Shown here one piece after another: positions 40,381 through 53,224 of a DNA stretch of 64,000 bases; the stretch's first letter is position 1; the number at the start of each line of letters is the position of its first letter. The DNA lies in contig OX597833.1 in NCBI GenBank assembly GCA_951406725.2, positions 13,826,001-13,890,000 on the forward strand, given 5' to 3'. Source of the DNA: Octopus vulgaris. Its lineage: Eukaryota. Both the position numbers and the translations under genes were made by a program. The notes below the pieces were generated by a model that searched no databases, was not told the origin of the DNA, and saw nothing but the letters and a program-made list of their open reading frames with translations.

Positions 40381-40951
40381 ATTTAAAGGAGCCAGTACAT
40401 CTGAATCCACTTATTGTTCTCTTTCTGGAACCACAGAGCTGGTAAGCCAAAGGACAAAACGACAAACAGGATCTCTCGTCTCCAATGGAAGATTTGATGT
40501 AATTTACGAGAAGCACCGATTCCGTACACACTTGAGAAAACACTAAGAAAACACGAGAGATTCCATTTAATAAACCTCTTTAGTTAAAGTGCTTCAAGTA
40601 GCCTGCGGTGAATAATATTTATAGAGACTTTTGAGGAATCTGCTTGTCCCATACGACTGCTTGACAATCGTATGGGACGCTGGTGCATTTACTTAGCGGT
40701 TCAGCAAAAGAGACTGATAAAATAAATACAAGATTTAGAGAGAATAAAATGTACAGGGGTCAATTTGTTTGACTAAAATTCTTCAAGGTGGGTGCTGCAG
40801 CTGTGTGGTAAGTAGCTTGCTTCCCAACCAGATGATTCTGGGTTCAGTCCCACTGCGTGGAACTTTGAGCAAGTGTCTTCTATTATATAGCCTCGGGCTG
40901 ACAAAAGCCTTGAGAGTGGACTTGGGAGACAGAAACTGAAGGAAGCCTGCC

Positions 40952-41045
<94 letters not shown>

Positions 41046-41466
41046 GTGTACATTTAAATACAAGAGAAGCGACCTTTAACAGGCAGTTTTACACACTAGA
41101 AGAAGCAGTCAAAACAACCACAACCACATTTAAGAGTAATTTTGAAGGCCACTGCTAGGTAGTGAATTTTCTAAAAAAACTTGCTACCCTATATATTTTA
41201 CATACATATATATATATATATATAGATATAATCATCATCATTATCAGCACCGTCGTTTAATGTCCCCTCAGCATCGCTTGACAACTGGTGCCGGTGTGTT
41301 TACATCTCTGTAACTTAGCAGTTTGGCAAAAACGACTGATAGAATAAGTACTAGGCTTAAAAAATAAGTCCTGGGGTTGATTTCTTTGACTAAAACCCTT
41401 CAAGGCAGTGCTCCAGCATGGCCACAGTAAAATGACCAAAACAAGTAAAATAATAAAAGAATATAT

Positions 41467-41880
41467 AGGAGTGGCTGTGTGGTAAGTAGCTTGCTTACCA
41501 ACCACATGGCTCCGGGTTCAGTCCCACTGCGTGGCAACTTGGGCAAGTGTCTTCTACTATAGCCTCGGGTCGACCAAAGCCTTGTGAGTGGATTTGGTAG
41601 ATGGAAACTGAAAGAAGCCCGTCGCATATATGTGTATATATATATGTATGTATGTGTGTGTGTTTGTATATGTTTGTGTGTCTGTGTTTGTCCCCCCAAC
41701 ATCGCTTGACAACCGATGCTGGTGTGTTTACGTCTCCGTAACTTAGCGGTTCTGCAAAAAGAGACTGATAGAATAAGTACTAGGCTTACAAAGAGTAAGT
41801 CCTGGGGTCGATTTACTTGACTAAAGGCGGTGCTCCAGCATGGCCACAGTCAAATGACTGAAACAAGTAAAAGAGTAAAG
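41467..41880 (+). mobile_element. SINE family A, full length
   Basis: Family A consensus. Confidence 0.92.
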
Positions 41881-42494
41881 ATATCTTTCTCTTTTTTATA
41901 TATATATATTATATATACATATTTAAAATTTAAAAATAGGATAAAATCTTTATAAGAATTTATCAAGTAGTCAGTGTGAAAAACCTTATAAGGGAAAAAT
42001 TCATAATTATTCCCTTTAGATATATTTATCTATATTAAGGGCATTACTACACATAAAAGCCTCACGCTATGAGGGACTCTCAAAGTCAATAAATACAGTG
42101 TACCGAACGCAAGGGAATGCTACTCTGATCCCCACCCATGAAATTTCAGGACTTGTGCTTTTCGCAGAAAGGGTCGTTATTACAGTAAAATGAAGAACAT
42201 CTGTAGCTCCACCTAGTTATATTTTTTGTCTTGTAAAAACCAAAGGGCCTTAACTCTTTAAAAGCATTCAGGTAACTCTTTCAAATGTAATGATTATTTA
42301 TTCTTCAAGGTGGGTGCTGCAGCTGTGTGGTAAGTAACTTGCTTCCCAACCAGATGATTCCGGGTTCAGCCCCACTGCTTGGCACCTTGGGCAAGTGTCT
42401 TCTACTATAGCCTCGGGTCGACAAAAGCCTTGAGAGTGGACTTGGGAGACAGAAACTGAAGGAAGCCTGTCGTGTGTATATACATATATATATT

Positions 42495-42780
42495 GTTGTG
42501 AATTGATCATGTGTTACAGTTCTATATTTAAGAGATGAGGAATTATGCACATTATTTACATTGTTTACATTTGATGGATATTTGTCCTCATTTTGTTTGT
42601 TGTTAACACGTTTCAGCTGATATACCCTCCAGCCTTCATCAGATGTCTTGGAGAAATTTCGAACCTGGGTTCTCATTCCTAAGGTATTTTACGATGTTAT
42701 TATTATTATATTATTATGGCGTAGTGGTTAAGAGAGCGGGCTACTAACCCCAAGATTCTGAGTTTGATTCCAGGCAGTGA

Positions 42781-42821
<41 letters not shown>

Positions 42822-43245
42822 TTTGTGTGTGTAATCTGGGAATGCATACAATGAGCTTCTCTGCCCTAGGTGTATGGAAAACACTAGGCGAGAAACGGAA
42901 GAAAATTTGAAGAAAGAAGGGTGGAGCACTTGCAGAAAACAGCACTGCTTGGAACCGCTGGAATAGTCCGGAAAGTGCTCGAAAAATAAGAGGTGTCACC
43001 TTTGTTCACTGATAGTGAACAGCTGGCACTGTAGTACATCTCCAGCGATAGAAGCTGTGCAAAAGCAATGATAATAGTAATGATAATAATAATAATAATA
43101 ACATCGAAAAATACCTTAGGATTGAGAACGCAGGTTCGAAATTTCCCCAAGACACCTGATGAAGGCTTGGAGGGTATATCAGCTGAAAGGTGTTAACAAC
43201 AAACAAGATGAACACAAATATCCGTCAAATGTAAATAATGTAATC
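42495..43245 (+). mobile_element. Composite element: inverted HHR-like module (42495-42710 -), tRNA-like head (42717-42785), (AAT)n, HHR-like module (43095-43245 +)
   Basis: ~160-bp inverted repeat; A-box TGGCGTAGTGG and B-box GAGTTTGATTCC; CTGATGA-A-GGCT...CAGCT-GAAA in both arms. Confidence 0.65.
42821..43068 (+). pseudogene. 3' end of an RLE-type non-LTR retrotransposon (R4/Dong-like) inside (TAA)n
   Basis: 42918-42989 translates RVEHLQKTALLGTAGIVRKVLEK*, the typical R4-clade C-terminal motif; flanked by TAA repeats on both sides. Confidence 0.75.
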
Positions 43246-43294
43246 ATGTATTATCTTGTGGTTTTGAAATTTTGATAATGTAATTGTTTATGTC

Positions 43295-44068
43295 TTTATT
43301 GGTCACAGGGGGCTAAACATAGAGAGGACAAACAAGGACAGACAAAGGGATTAAGTCGATTACATCGACCCAAATGTGTAACTGGTACTTATTTAATCAA
43401 CCCTGAAAGGATGAAAAGGCAAAGTCGACCTCAGCGAAATTTGAACTCAGAACGTAATGGCAGACGAAATACCTATTTCTTTACTACCCACAAGGGGCTA
43501 AACACAGAAGGGACAAACAAGGACAGACAAACGAATTAAGTTGATTACATCGACCTCAGTGCATAACTGGTACTTATTTAATCGACCCGAAAGCATGAAA
43601 GGCAAAGTCGACCTTGGCGAAATTTGAACTCATAACGTAACGGCAGACGAAATACCTATTTCTTTACTACCCACAGGGGGCTAAACATAGAGAGGACAAA
43701 CAAGGGCAGACAAAGGGATTAAGTCGATTACATCGACCCAAATGTGTAACTGGTACTTATTTAATCAACCCTGAAAGGATGAAAGGCAAAGTCGACCTCA
43801 GCGAAATTTGAACTCAGAACGTAATGGCAGACGAAATACCTATTTCTTTACTACCCACAAGGGGCTAAACACAGAAGGGACAAACAAGGACAGACAAACG
43901 AATTAAGTTGATTACATCGACCTCAGTGCATAACTGGTACTTATTTAATCGACCCCGAAAGCATGAAAGGCAAAGTCGACCTTGGCGAAATTTGAACTCA
44001 GAACGTAACGGCAGACGAAATACCGTTAAGCATTTCGCCCGGCGTGTTAATGTTTCTGCCAGCTCGCC
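43295..44068 (-). mobile_element. SINE family B tandem tetramer (ABAB)
   Basis: Four 183-184-bp units; units 1/3 and 2/4 share diagnostic variants. Confidence 0.92.
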
Positions 44069-44309
44069 TGTTTATTTTAAGGATGACATTGCAGGGTAAG
44101 TGTGAGAGGCCTGATCTTGTTTGTTTGAATATGAAACAGGTTGAATATTTAGGCCGGATATGGCCGGTTTGAATACTAAAGGGTTGATGTGTCTCACCTT
44201 TTTCATGAAATGCCACAGATTTATAGAAGTGAGGTTAAGATTCTAGTATACGGCCTGGAGTTAATGTTGCTTAAGTATGTAACATGTCATAATGATATAT
44301 CTCTTAGAT

Positions 44310-45040
44310 ATGTGTGTGTGTGTGTGTGTATATGTATGTGTGTGTGTAAACGTGAGTGTGTATATGTATGTGTGTATATACATGTGTGCATATGTATACA
44401 TGTGAATATGTGTATATGTATGAGTATGTATACATGTGTATATGTATGTGTGTGTGTGTAAACGTGTGTGTATATGTGTGTGTGTAAACATGAGTGCATA
44501 TATGTATGTGTGTGTATACATGTGTGCATATGTATGCATGTGAATATGTGTGTGTATATATATGCATGTGTATACATGTATGCATGTGTATATATGTGTG
44601 TGTAAACATGAGTGCGTATGTGTATGTGTGTGTATACATGTGTGCATATGTATGCGTGTGAATACATGTGTGCATATGTATGTATACATGTGTATATATG
44701 TGTATGCATGTGTATATGTGTGTGTAAATGGGTGTGTGTGTGTATACATATGTGTGTGTATATGTATGTGTGTGTGTAAACGTGAGTGCGTATATGTATG
44801 AGTGTGTATACATGTATGCATATAAATACATGTGTATATGTATGTGTGTGTATATGTATGCATGGGAATACGTGTATATGTATGTGTGTGTATACATGTG
44901 TGTATATGTATGCATGCGTATACGTATGTGTGTAAATTTGTGTGTGTATACATGTGTGTGTAAATGTATGTGTGTATATGTACGTATGTGTGTGCATGTA
45001 CATATCCATGCATGTGGAAACACACACACACACGTGTGTG
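44310..45040. repeat. Degenerate (TG/TA)n minisatellite with a recurrent GTAAACGTGAGTG unit
   Basis: Direct inspection. Confidence 0.85.
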
Positions 45041-45341
45041 TGACCTTTGAATGGTTCTGGAATAAACTGGAACAGGCATATTTACGTAGAGTGGTTCTGC
45101 TATGATAATTAACATTATTTATGAGGTAAAATGGAATGCGTTCGTGTGAGCATGTGTGTGTGTATAGGCAGTTAAATAAAGCATGTGTGTGTATGTATGT
45201 GTGTATATATGTGTATTACGGTGCCACTGCGTGGCACCTTGGGCAACTGTTTTCTGCTATAGCCCCGGGCCAACCAAAGCCTTGTGAGTGGATTTGGCAA
45301 ACGGAAACTGAAAGAAGCCCATCATATATATATATATATAT

Positions 45342-45744
45342 ATTACTCTTTACTCTTTTATTTGTTTCAGTCATTTGACTGCGACCATGCTGGAGCCTTT
45401 TAGTCGAGTAAATCGACCCCAGGATTTATTCTTTGTAAGCCTAGTACTTATTCTATCGGTCTCTTTTGCTGAACCGCTAAGTTACGGGGATGTAAACACA
45501 CCAGCATCGGTTGTCAAGCAATATTGGGGGGGACAAACACAGATACACAAACATATACACACACACATATATATATATATACGACGGGCTTCATTCAGTT
45601 TCCATCTACCAAATCCACTCACAAGGCTTTGGTTGGCCCGATGCTATAGCAGAAGACACTTGCCGAAGGCGCCACGCGGTGGGACTGAACCCAGAACCAT
45701 GTGGTTGGTAAGCAAGCTACTTACCACACAGCCACTCCTGCGCC
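45342..45744 (-). mobile_element. SINE family A, full length
   Basis: Family A consensus. Confidence 0.9.
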
Positions 45745-46070
45745 TAGTGCCCCCCACCACCGTTGCTTGACAACTGATGTTGGTGTGTCTACTTCCATGT
45801 AACCTAGCGGTTTGGCAAAAGAGACCGATAGAATAAGTACTAGGCTTACAAAGAATAGGTTCCGGGGTTGATTCGTTCGACTAAAGGCGGTGCTGCAGCA
45901 TGGTCGCAGTCATATGACTGAAACAAATAAAAGCGTATGTGTCTGTATATGAATATACACATAAATGTATGTATGCACAGTGCATGTAAGTATGTGTGTG
46001 CATGTATGCGCATATGTATACGTGTGTGTATATATGTGTGTTTGCATGTGTATGCATGTGTGAGTGTAAA

Positions 46071-46122
<52 letters not shown>

Positions 46123-46370
46123 AGTATATGTGTGTGTATATAAGTATGTGTGTGTGTGTATGTTTGCATATGCTTGTGTGTTTACACATATGTCTGCTTA
46201 TAAGCATGCTTGCACATGCATATATGAGGGTGTGTGTATGTGTGTGCATGTGTGTGTGTGTGTGTGTGTGTCTATATAAGTATATGTACAGAGTTACTTG
46301 CATAATATTTGTACACATCAATGCATGTGTACAGAAGTATGTGTATATATGAATGTATACATGTGTGCAT

Positions 46371-46408
<38 letters not shown>

Positions 46409-46767
46409 CCCCTACCCCCCCATGGCACACATATTCGCTAAACATGATCCAGACACAAATGCAAAAACGTGCAGAAGCTAGGCATCTCCAAACCTTCAAG
46501 CTTATCTCAGAGACATCATAATCATCATCATCATCATTATTATTATCATTATTATTGTTGTTGTTGTTGTTATATGGAACCAGAGAGATATCAACAAGCT
46601 GTAAGTGTCAGCCGCTATGTTTTGCCATCAGATACCCAAATATGGAAATAAGCAAAATATTTTCAAACATTTCTGGGGACACACCCTTACAAAATGCCTA
46701 CAGGAAAAGAAGGCTTGAGATTATAAAAAAAAAAACACATAAATAAATATATATATATATATATATA

Positions 46768-47160
46768 GGCGTAGGAGTGGCTCTGTGGTAAGTAGCTTGC
46801 TTACCAACCACATGGTTCCGGGTTCAGTCCCACTGCGAGGCACCTTGGGCAAGTGTCTTCTACTATAGACTCGGGCCGACCAAAGCCTTGCGAGTGGATT
46901 TGGTAGACGGAAACTGAAAGAAGCTTGTCGTATATATATATATATGTGTGTGTGCGTATTTGTGTGTCTGTGTTTGTCCCCCTAGCATCGCTTGTCAACC
47001 GATGCTGGTGTGTTTACGTCCCCGAAACTTAGCGGTTCGGCAAAAGAGACCGATTGAATAAGTACTGGGCTTACAAAGAATAAGTCCCGGGGTCGATTTG
47101 CTCGACTAAAGGCGGTGCTCCGGCATGGCCACAGTCAGATGACCGAAACAAGTAAATGAG
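46768..47160 (+). mobile_element. SINE family A, full length
   Basis: Family A consensus. Confidence 0.92.
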
Positions 47161-47798
47161 ATAAATGAGATATATATATGTGTATATGTATGTGTGTATA
47201 TATATATGTATGTATGTGTGTATATATATGTATATAGATATATATATGTCAATTGCAGCAGGAATAAAAACAGGATATATATATGGTGCTGTATGTTTGT
47301 ACCGAGAGAATGTCAGGGAAACCTTCCCAACAATATTTTGTTGTTGTTGTTGTTGTCGTCTTTTGTCACTGACACAGTTGTTGTTAGGTTCGATGTTCTA
47401 TCTTTCACTTGTTTCACTCATTGGACTGCGGCCATGCCGGCCATGCTGGAGCACCGCCTTGGAAGGTTTTAGTAGAATGAGTGAACTCCCAGTACGTATT
47501 TATTTATTTATTTATTTATTTATTCATCTACAGACTGGCACTTATTTTATCAGTCTCTAATGTTGAACTGGTAAGTTATGGGAACGTAAACAAACCAACT
47601 AAGCTTGTCAAGTGGTGCTTGTGGAAGAGATAAATACAAACACACAACTCACACACACACACACACATACAGACATGCATACACTCATTATGAAATTTTT
47701 TTCAATTTCTGTTTACCAAACCCAGTCACAAGGCTTTGTTCGGCATATGCCTACAGTAGAAGACACTTGCCCAAGGTGCCATGCAGTGGGACTGAACC

Positions 47799-48250
47799 TG
47801 GGGTTGATATAATCGACTTAATCCGTTTGTCTGTCCTTGTTTGTCCCCTCTGTGTGTAGCCCCTTGTGGGTAGTAAAGAAATAGGTATTTCTTCTGCCGC
47901 TACGTTCTGAGTTCAAATTCCGCCGAGGTCGACTTTGCCTTTCATCCTTTCGGAGTCGATCAATTAAGTACCAGTTAGGCCCTGGGGTTGATATAATCGA
48001 CTTAATCCATTTGTCTGTCCTTGTTTGTCCTCTCTGTGTGTAGCCCCTTGTGGGTAGTAAAGAAATAGGTATTTCGTCTGCCGCTACGTTCTGAGTTCAA
48101 ATTCTGCTGAGGTCGACTTTGCCTTTCGTGGTCAATTAAACAAGTACCAGTTATGCTCTGGGGTCGTTATAATCGACTTAATCCATTTGTCTGTCCTTGT
48201 TTGTCCCCTCTATGTGTACCCCCCCCCTTGTGGGCAGTAAAGAAATAAGA
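47799..48250 (+). mobile_element. SINE family B tandem array (about 2.5 units)
   Basis: Units joined at AAAGAAATA|GGTATTTC. Confidence 0.88.
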
Positions 48251-48717
48251 AACCTTGGCAGATCAGACAGGAGCCTGGTGCAGGCTCCTGGCCTGCCAGA
48301 CCTCAGTCAAACCGTCCAACCCATGCCAGCATGGAAAGCGGACATTAAACAATGATGATGATGATGATAATGATGATGATACTTCAAGAGACTTACATAA
48401 CCTTTACACAACCTTCCCAACACCATTGCAAATTTTTTTTCCACACGGATAAACTCGAGTCACTGAATGTGTTTCACAATACCGTTGTACCGCTGTTGAA
48501 ATGGTGTCAGCACCAGTCCCAAACTGTCAGACGACACTCTTCTATGCTTTACTGAGAGTAAACAGATGAATGGTTGACTGGTATGCAACCTGGTTTCAAA
48601 ACCCAGTTCAGTCATTTTCCTGTCACTGACTTCCACTAACTTGAATGTCTGGTTTATAAGCCAACAATTAGGAAGAGCTATGAGCTCTATTACAATTAAC
48701 TACTATATGTGTGGGTG

Positions 48718-49215
48718 TTGTTGTTGTTGTTGTTGTTAAGCAACAAGCCGGGTAAGGGTGATTAGGTGATGGTCTAGGGCTTAGGGGGCAGGAAACCCCA
48801 GACACTAGTGGCCCTCCAAGTCGCTGGAATTGGAGATCTCCAGGTCCAAATTCTTGAACAGTATGCTATTGCTGCCACCATCACCATTATCACTACTACT
48901 ACTACTGCTACTATTGTTACTGTTGCTGCTGCCACCGCGCTACCAGCACCACCACCACCACCACCACCATTACTACTACTACTACTACTACTGCTGCTGC
49001 TGTTGTTGTTGTTGTTGTTAAGCAACAAGACGGGTAAAGGTGATTAGGTGATGGTCTAGGGCTTAGGGGGCGGGAGACCCCAGACCTTGGGAAAAAAAAG
49101 AAAAAATTTGGTCGTCTTGTTGTAGTCGAGGGCTCTTCGTTGACACCTGACACCACTGGGAGGTGGCCCTCGAAGTCGCTGGAAATGGAGATCTCCAGGT
49201 TCAAATTCTTGAATG
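48718..49215 (-). repeat. Two related copies of an unclassified element, each ending in an (AAC)n tail
   Basis: TTAAGCAACAAG.CGGGTAA.GGTGATTAGGTGATGGTCTAGGGCTTAGGGGGC...GGAGATCTCCAGGT.CAAATTCTTGAA at 48736-48858 and 49018-49213, the second with ~75 extra bp. Confidence 0.7.
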
Positions 49216-49251
49216 GCATATGTGTGTGTGTGTGTGTGTGTTGGTGTAATG

Positions 49252-49545
49252 CAGTGGTTGCCAAACTTTATCGGGCTGTGGCCCTCTTGACTCTTGAGCC
49301 ACATTCCTAGCACCACCACACCACACGACACCTCAACTCAGCACCACCCACATAGGCCCCTTTCTGGAGCGAATTCAGGACAACAGTATTTCATAAATAA
49401 AACTTTAACTAATTATCTTCATTATTTTGTTTTGTTTTTTTGGGGGGTGGGGATTACATCAATTGCCCTCATTTGGCAACCCTATTATTGCCCGCCCCAC
49501 CCCCTTGATCTTCCCCCCGCCCATCGCCCACTTTGAGAACCACTG
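49252..49545. mobile_element. hAT/Charlie-type MITE
   Basis: TIRs CAGTGGTTGCCAAAC / CAGTGGTTCTCAAAG; 8-bp TSD GTGTAATG / GTTTAATG (7/8 match, central TA). Confidence 0.85.
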
Positions 49546-49664
49546 GTTTAATGTATATTGTCGCTATTATGCAAAAGTGTCGTAAGTCCAAAACATTGCT
49601 TTTTCAGAAAATGGAAAAATAGTTCCACCATTCCATAGCAAAGCCATCAGTGTTACTCAAGAAA

Positions 49665-49860
49665 CAGGAAGAGAGAGTGAGAGAAAGTTGGGGCGAAAGA
49701 GTACAACAGGTGTCGCCACCACCCCCTGCCGGAGCCTCGTGGATCTTTTAGATGTTTTCACTCAATAAACACACTCAATAAAAATTCCCGGTCTGGGAAT
49801 CGAAACCGTGATCCTCCGACCGTGAGTCCGCTGCCCTAACCACTGGGCCATTGCACCTCC
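49665..49860 (-). mobile_element. SINE family D 5' half
   Basis: Family D head. Confidence 0.8.
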
Positions 49861-50069
49861 AGCTTTGTAAGACGCTAATGTTAAATTCAACTTGCGATGA
49901 AAGTAAAGGGATGTGAGTTCGAGTCTCATGACTGGCCAGTAATGATTTTTTTCTGCAATATATGGACAATTTATCCTGTTCATGTTATTGTTTTAGCATT
50001 ACCATGCGTTTGAGAATTATTTCTATATCTTTCAATACATCTCAACACTTCTGAAGCCAACTATGGTTA

Positions 50070-50460
50070 CTCTCTTTTACTTGTTTCAGTCATTTGACTG
50101 CGGCCATGCTGGAGCACCGCCTTTAGTCGAGCAAATCGACCCCGGGACTTATTCTTTGTAAGCCTAGTACTTATTCTATCGGTCTCTTTTGCCGAACCGC
50201 TAAGTGACGGGGACGTAAACACACCAGCATCGGTTGTTAAGCAATGCTAGGGGGACAAACACAGACATACAAACATATACAGACACATACATATATATAT
50301 ATATGACAGGCTTCTTTCAGTTTCCGTCTACCAAATCCACTCACAAGGCATTGGTCGGCCCGGGGCTATAGCAGAAGACACTTGCCCAAGATGCCACACA
50401 GTGGGACTGAACCCGGAACCATGTGGTTGGTAAGCAAGCTACTTACCACACAGCCACTCC
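50070..50460 (-). mobile_element. SINE family A, full length
   Basis: Family A consensus. Confidence 0.92.
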
Positions 50461-50625
50461 GGATGTTTACCTTTCAATTATTTCTACAAATATTTTCTAT
50501 AGAATTTAGAGCCAGCAATAAGCTAAATATGATTAAACCGTACAGGGCACTTTTTTGTGCAACAGGTACTGATGAGGCCACCAAATAAGACTGAGCTAAG
50601 AACAAGATTGAGGGGGAAAAGGCAG

Positions 50626-50851
50626 CGAGCTAGCAGAATAGTTAGCACAGCGGACGAAATGCTTAGCATTATTTCGTCTGCCACTGCGTTCTGAGTTCAA
50701 ATTCCGCCGAGGTCGACTTTGCCTTTCATCCTTTCGGGTTGATAAATTAAGTACCAGTTACGCACTGGGGTCGATGTAATCAACTTAATCCCTTTGTTTG
50801 TCTTTGTTTGTCCCCTCTATGTTTAGCCCCTTGTGGGCAATAAAGAAATAA
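50626..50851 (+). mobile_element. SINE family B monomer
   Basis: Full head through to the AAAGAAATAAGA tail. Confidence 0.9.
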
Positions 50852-50984
50852 GATTGAGGAAGGCCTAATGCCAGGTGATGAAAGGAACAAGGACAGGTGT
50901 CTTGCTACAGAAGAAATTCATGGTTACCCCAACATTATCCTTCTTTCTGGAAAGTTAGAATGGTTAAAAAAGAGAAATGGTTCC

Positions 50985-51310
50985 TATGCCAGTGGCACGT
51001 AAAAAGTATCATTCGAGCATGGTCATTGCCAGAACTACCTGATTGGCTCCCGTGCTGGTGGCACATAAAAAGCACCATTCGAGCATGGTTGATGCTCGTG
51101 CCACCTAACTGGCCCCTGTGCTGGTGGCACATAAAAAGCACCATTCAAGCATGGTCACTGCCAGTGCCACCTAACTGGCTCCCATGCCAGTGGCATGTAA
51201 AAATCACCATTCGAGCATGGTTAATGCCAGTGCTGCCTGACTGGCCCCTGTGCCAGTGGTGCATAAAAAGCACCATTCAAGCGTGGTCGATGCCAGTGCC
51301 GCCTGACTGG
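50985..51310 (+). repeat. Array of ~5 units of 58-64 bp from the RTE 3'-UTR repeat
   Basis: GTGCCAGTGGCACATAAAAAGCACCATTCGAGCATGGT...GCC...ACTGGC recurs. Confidence 0.85.
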
Positions 51311-51488
51311 CAAATCGTTCAAAGTTTCGTATTTGTACAGAGCTGTCGATGAGAATTGCATTGATTTCTCACACTGAAACGAGATTACGAATTTTAGAGG
51401 CGGATAAAGTCCCGGGAGGATAATCCCGAGAGGATAAAAAGGTTTTTATTCTTGAATCGAACTCGGATGTTTCTACATTTTCAACTTT

Positions 51489-51900
51489 TATTTTATCAAC
51501 TCTGAAATAATGAAAGTGAAAGTAAACCTCAGAGGAATTTGAACTCAGAAAGCTGTATCTTCTGCCAAATTACTATCTCAAGTGAACGAACCTGACCCCA
51601 GTATATGTTGAGTACTTAATTCATTGATCCTGGAAGATAAAACGTAATGCAGACTTTGCCAGGATTTGAACACAGAACGATGAATTTAAATAGTATTTTA
51701 TCAACTCTGAAATGATGAAAGTGTAAGTAAACCTCAGAGGAATTTGAACTCAGAAAGCTGTATCTTCTGCCAAATTTCTATCTCAAGTGAACCAACCTGA
51801 CCCCAGTACACGTTGAGTACTTAGTTCATTGATCCTGGAAGATAAAACGTAATGCGGACTTTGCCAGGATTTGAACACAGAACGGTGGATTTAAATAGTA
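51489..51900 (-). repeat. ~205-bp tandem duplication of diverged SINE-B-like sequence
   Basis: TATTTTATCAACTCTGAAAT...TTTAAATAGTA repeated twice. Confidence 0.85.
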
Positions 51901-52236
51901 AAAGGCATCAAGTTTATTTGCTCTGCTTTTCCAACCCTTCCACCACCTTAGCTCTCTTTGTTTATACTGAAAATATTATTCCATAAATGGCACATATGAT
52001 CATATGGCAAAGTTCCTAAGCTGATATAGATTCTAAATATGTGTGTGTGTGTGTATGTGTGTGTATGTTTTTGTGTGTCTTTGTGTTTGTATATGTGAGT
52101 CAGTGTTTGTATTTGCTTATCTGTGTGTTTGTGTGTGTGTGTGTTTGTATATATGTGCATATATCTGTGTGTGTGTGTGTTGTGTTGCTGTGTATGTGTG
52201 TGTATGTATGCGTATGTATCGCTGTGTATGTGTGCC

Positions 52237-52276
<40 letters not shown>

Positions 52277-53224
52277 TGCATCCGTCTCTATGTTTGTGTC
52301 TCCTTGTGTGTGTGTATGCATGTCTGTGTGTGCACATGGGTGTGTGTGTGTATGTTTGTGTACAACTGTGTGTATGCATGTGTATGCATACATGTAGCAT
52401 GTATGCGCAAATGTGTACACATTAATGTAAAGCAGGGTGTGAACACAGATTGAGACAGCGACTGAAATCAGCTGGTGGTGCTCCAGCATGGCCACAGCCT
52501 TAAGGCTGAAACATACAAAAGGACAAAAAAATAAAATAGAAGAAAAAGCTATATAGAAAAAAATCAGTATTGAACAACAATCTGTCATCTTCAATACACA
52601 CACACACAATCATATCTATCAATTATATACATACACACACACATACATGCATACATACATACGCACATACATGCATAAATACATACATACACACACAATC
52701 ACATCTATACAATTATGTACATGCACACACACATACATACAAACATGCATAAATTCATACGCATAGACACACACTATCACATCTATGCAGTTATATACAT
52801 ACATACACACATACATAGCTACATCCATAAATACATACAAACACTCACACACACACACTATCACATCTATGCAATTATATACATACATACACACATATAC
52901 ATGCATACATACATACATACATACATAAATACATACACACACACTATCACATCTATGCAATTATATACATACATACACACACACATACATGCATGCATAA
53001 ACATACATACATACATACACACACAATCACATCTATGAAATTATATGCATACATACATACACACACACACACAAACATACATACATACACACACACATAT
53101 GCACACACACACACACACATCAATATCTATTGATTAAAGCTTTAAGCAAGACATTGATATGAAATTTAAAGGAAAAAGAAAGCATCCACCTGTTGTGTGT
53201 GGATGTGTGTGAGTGTGTGTGTGT

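Noticed and set aside
39577-40546. Gly/Asp-rich and His-rich ORFs resembling structural proteins (also 29323-29940)
   Set aside because: Degenerate (GGT/GAT)n microsatellite open in several frames on both strands
50897-51352. 151-aa Trp/Pro-rich repetitive ORF
   Set aside because: Translation of the RTE 3'-UTR tandem repeat
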